NCBI GenBank assembly: GCA_943787795.1
Contig: CALSNU010000004.1
Span: forward strand, 640,001-704,000
Reading direction: 5' to 3'
From: an uncultured bacterium
GTDB lineage: Bacteria; Planctomycetota; UBA1135; GCA-002686595
Length of the DNA stretch: 64,000 nt
Every line of letters begins with the position of its first letter. Position 1 is the stretch's first letter. Positions 63,089 through 64,000 of the stretch are shown piece by piece. The notes below the pieces were generated by a model. It saw only the letters and a list, made by a program, of their open reading frames with translations, ran no database searches and was not told the origin of the DNA. A program made the position numbers and the translations under genes.

Positions 63089-63523
63089 TGTGGATGGACC
63101 TGTCAACCCTCGTTGACGGACATACCTTGGCACTGTTGAACGTTCGCTCGTAACTGCTGCCTTGAGCGCCCCCGCTTCGGCCTTCAACTTCGATGGTCGA
63201 TGCGGGGGCGCGTTCGTGTTGTCGTGATTTGCTCTACATCTTGAGTCGAGTTGGGTAACGGAGGCCGGCGCGTACGCACGTCTTGGTGACGCTGGTCAGA
63301 CTGATGTGGATGGACCTGTCAACCCTCGTTGACGGACATACCTTGGCACTGTTGAACGTTCGCTCGTAACTGCTGCCTTGAGCGCCCCCGCTTCGGCCTT
63401 CAACTTCGATGGTCGATGCGGGGGCGCGTTCGTGTTGTCGTGATTTGCTCTACATCTTGAGTCGAGTTGGGTAACGGAGGCCGGCGCGTACGCACGTCTT
63501 GGTGACGCTGGTCAGACTGATGT
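63086..63523 (-). repeat. Tandem dimer of the 216-bp element (63086-63300, 63301-63516) followed by a terminal CTGATGT
   Basis: Exact 216-bp period; TGATGT occurs at 63086, 63302 and 63518. Confidence 0.9.
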
Positions 63524-63563
63524 TCGCGCGTCGGGGCGCAGTGCGGGGTTCGCCGTGGAGGGT

Positions 63564-63919
63564 CCGAGCCCCCACCCCTCGCGCCCGCCCGACCCGAGCC
63601 CCAGCTGCGCTTCGCCTGATCCGCCGCCCCAGGGCCACCGCAGCGCGCCCCGATCGACGCCGACGTCCCTCCCCTGAGAGCGCCGGCTGAACTTCGTGGC
63701 CCGACAGGCCGGCGGCGAGGCCCAGGGTGGGGAGTTTCCCCGCATTACCCGTTGCGAGGCTAGCCATTCTCCCCCACCGTCGATCATAGATCGCTTCAGC
63801 GGCCCCTCCCTGGGCCGGGCCCTCGGCCGGGGCGGGCCATCGCCCCTCCCTCCTGTTCTCCTTCAACCACCCCCACGATCCGCTGCTCCGCCAAGTGGCA
63901 GCTTGGATCGCTTATCCAC
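63564..63919 (+). mobile_element. IS91/ISCR-like 3' remnant, copy E (last transposase codons + ori end)
   Basis: Matches 55334-55687 and ends ...GGATCGCTTATCCAC. Confidence 0.85.
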
Positions 63920-63934
63920 CTCCACCGTCGAACG

Positions 63935-64000
63935 ATGAGAGGAAACTCGTCGAGGAATCTCGTGCTCGCGATCGCTGCCGTCCTCGTGGCGGCGGTGATC
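63935..64000 (+). CDS. 5' end of an exported/membrane protein (runs off the window)
   Basis: MRGNSSRNLVLAIAAVLVAAVI..., starting 15 bp after the copy E terminus. Confidence 0.5.
   Translation, partial: MRGNSSRNLVLAIAAVLVAAVI

Noticed and set aside
61659..63516. 216-bp element as an integron attC site or group II intron
   Set aside because: No paired RYYYAAC/GTTRRRY ends at the boundaries, longer than typical attC, no integrase, and no GUGYG start or domain V motif recognised.
54158..63919. TTATCCAC copies as DnaA boxes / a replication origin
   Set aside because: They match 8 of 9 bases of TTATCCACA, but none is followed by A. They are widely spaced, and each is the terminus of the IS91-like repeat.

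Overview
High-GC (~70%) bacterial window. The gene content, including many secreted proteins sharing a ~140-aa Cys-containing C-terminal domain (CTD) ending WYRD...SN...VTF, suggests Planctomycetota (inference). Bases 1-54 kb are mostly ordinary genes: PLP aldolase and nitrilase, a selenocysteine NAD-linked formate dehydrogenase (in-frame UGA plus SECIS, split by the ORF track), GH33 sialidase, M12B protease, OxyR-like regulator, two RND efflux systems, argJ, a GH13-malQ-glgP cluster, alkA, an HTTM protein and an ECF sigma/partner pair. Bases 54-64 kb form a mobile island. It has five copies of an IS91/ISCR-like rolling-circle element end sharing an identical 37-bp terminus; two copies also keep a 31-bp opposite end, one being a 149-bp mini-element. 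These copies are interleaved with secreted-protein cargo genes. The island also has three copies of a 216-bp structured non-coding element resembling an IS110/IS1111 end. At two separate sites this element sits exactly on the stop codon of a CTD-type coding end, suggesting site-specific, possibly RNA-guided, targeting of that gene family. Several +1 frameshifts at homopolymers are probably sequencing errors.
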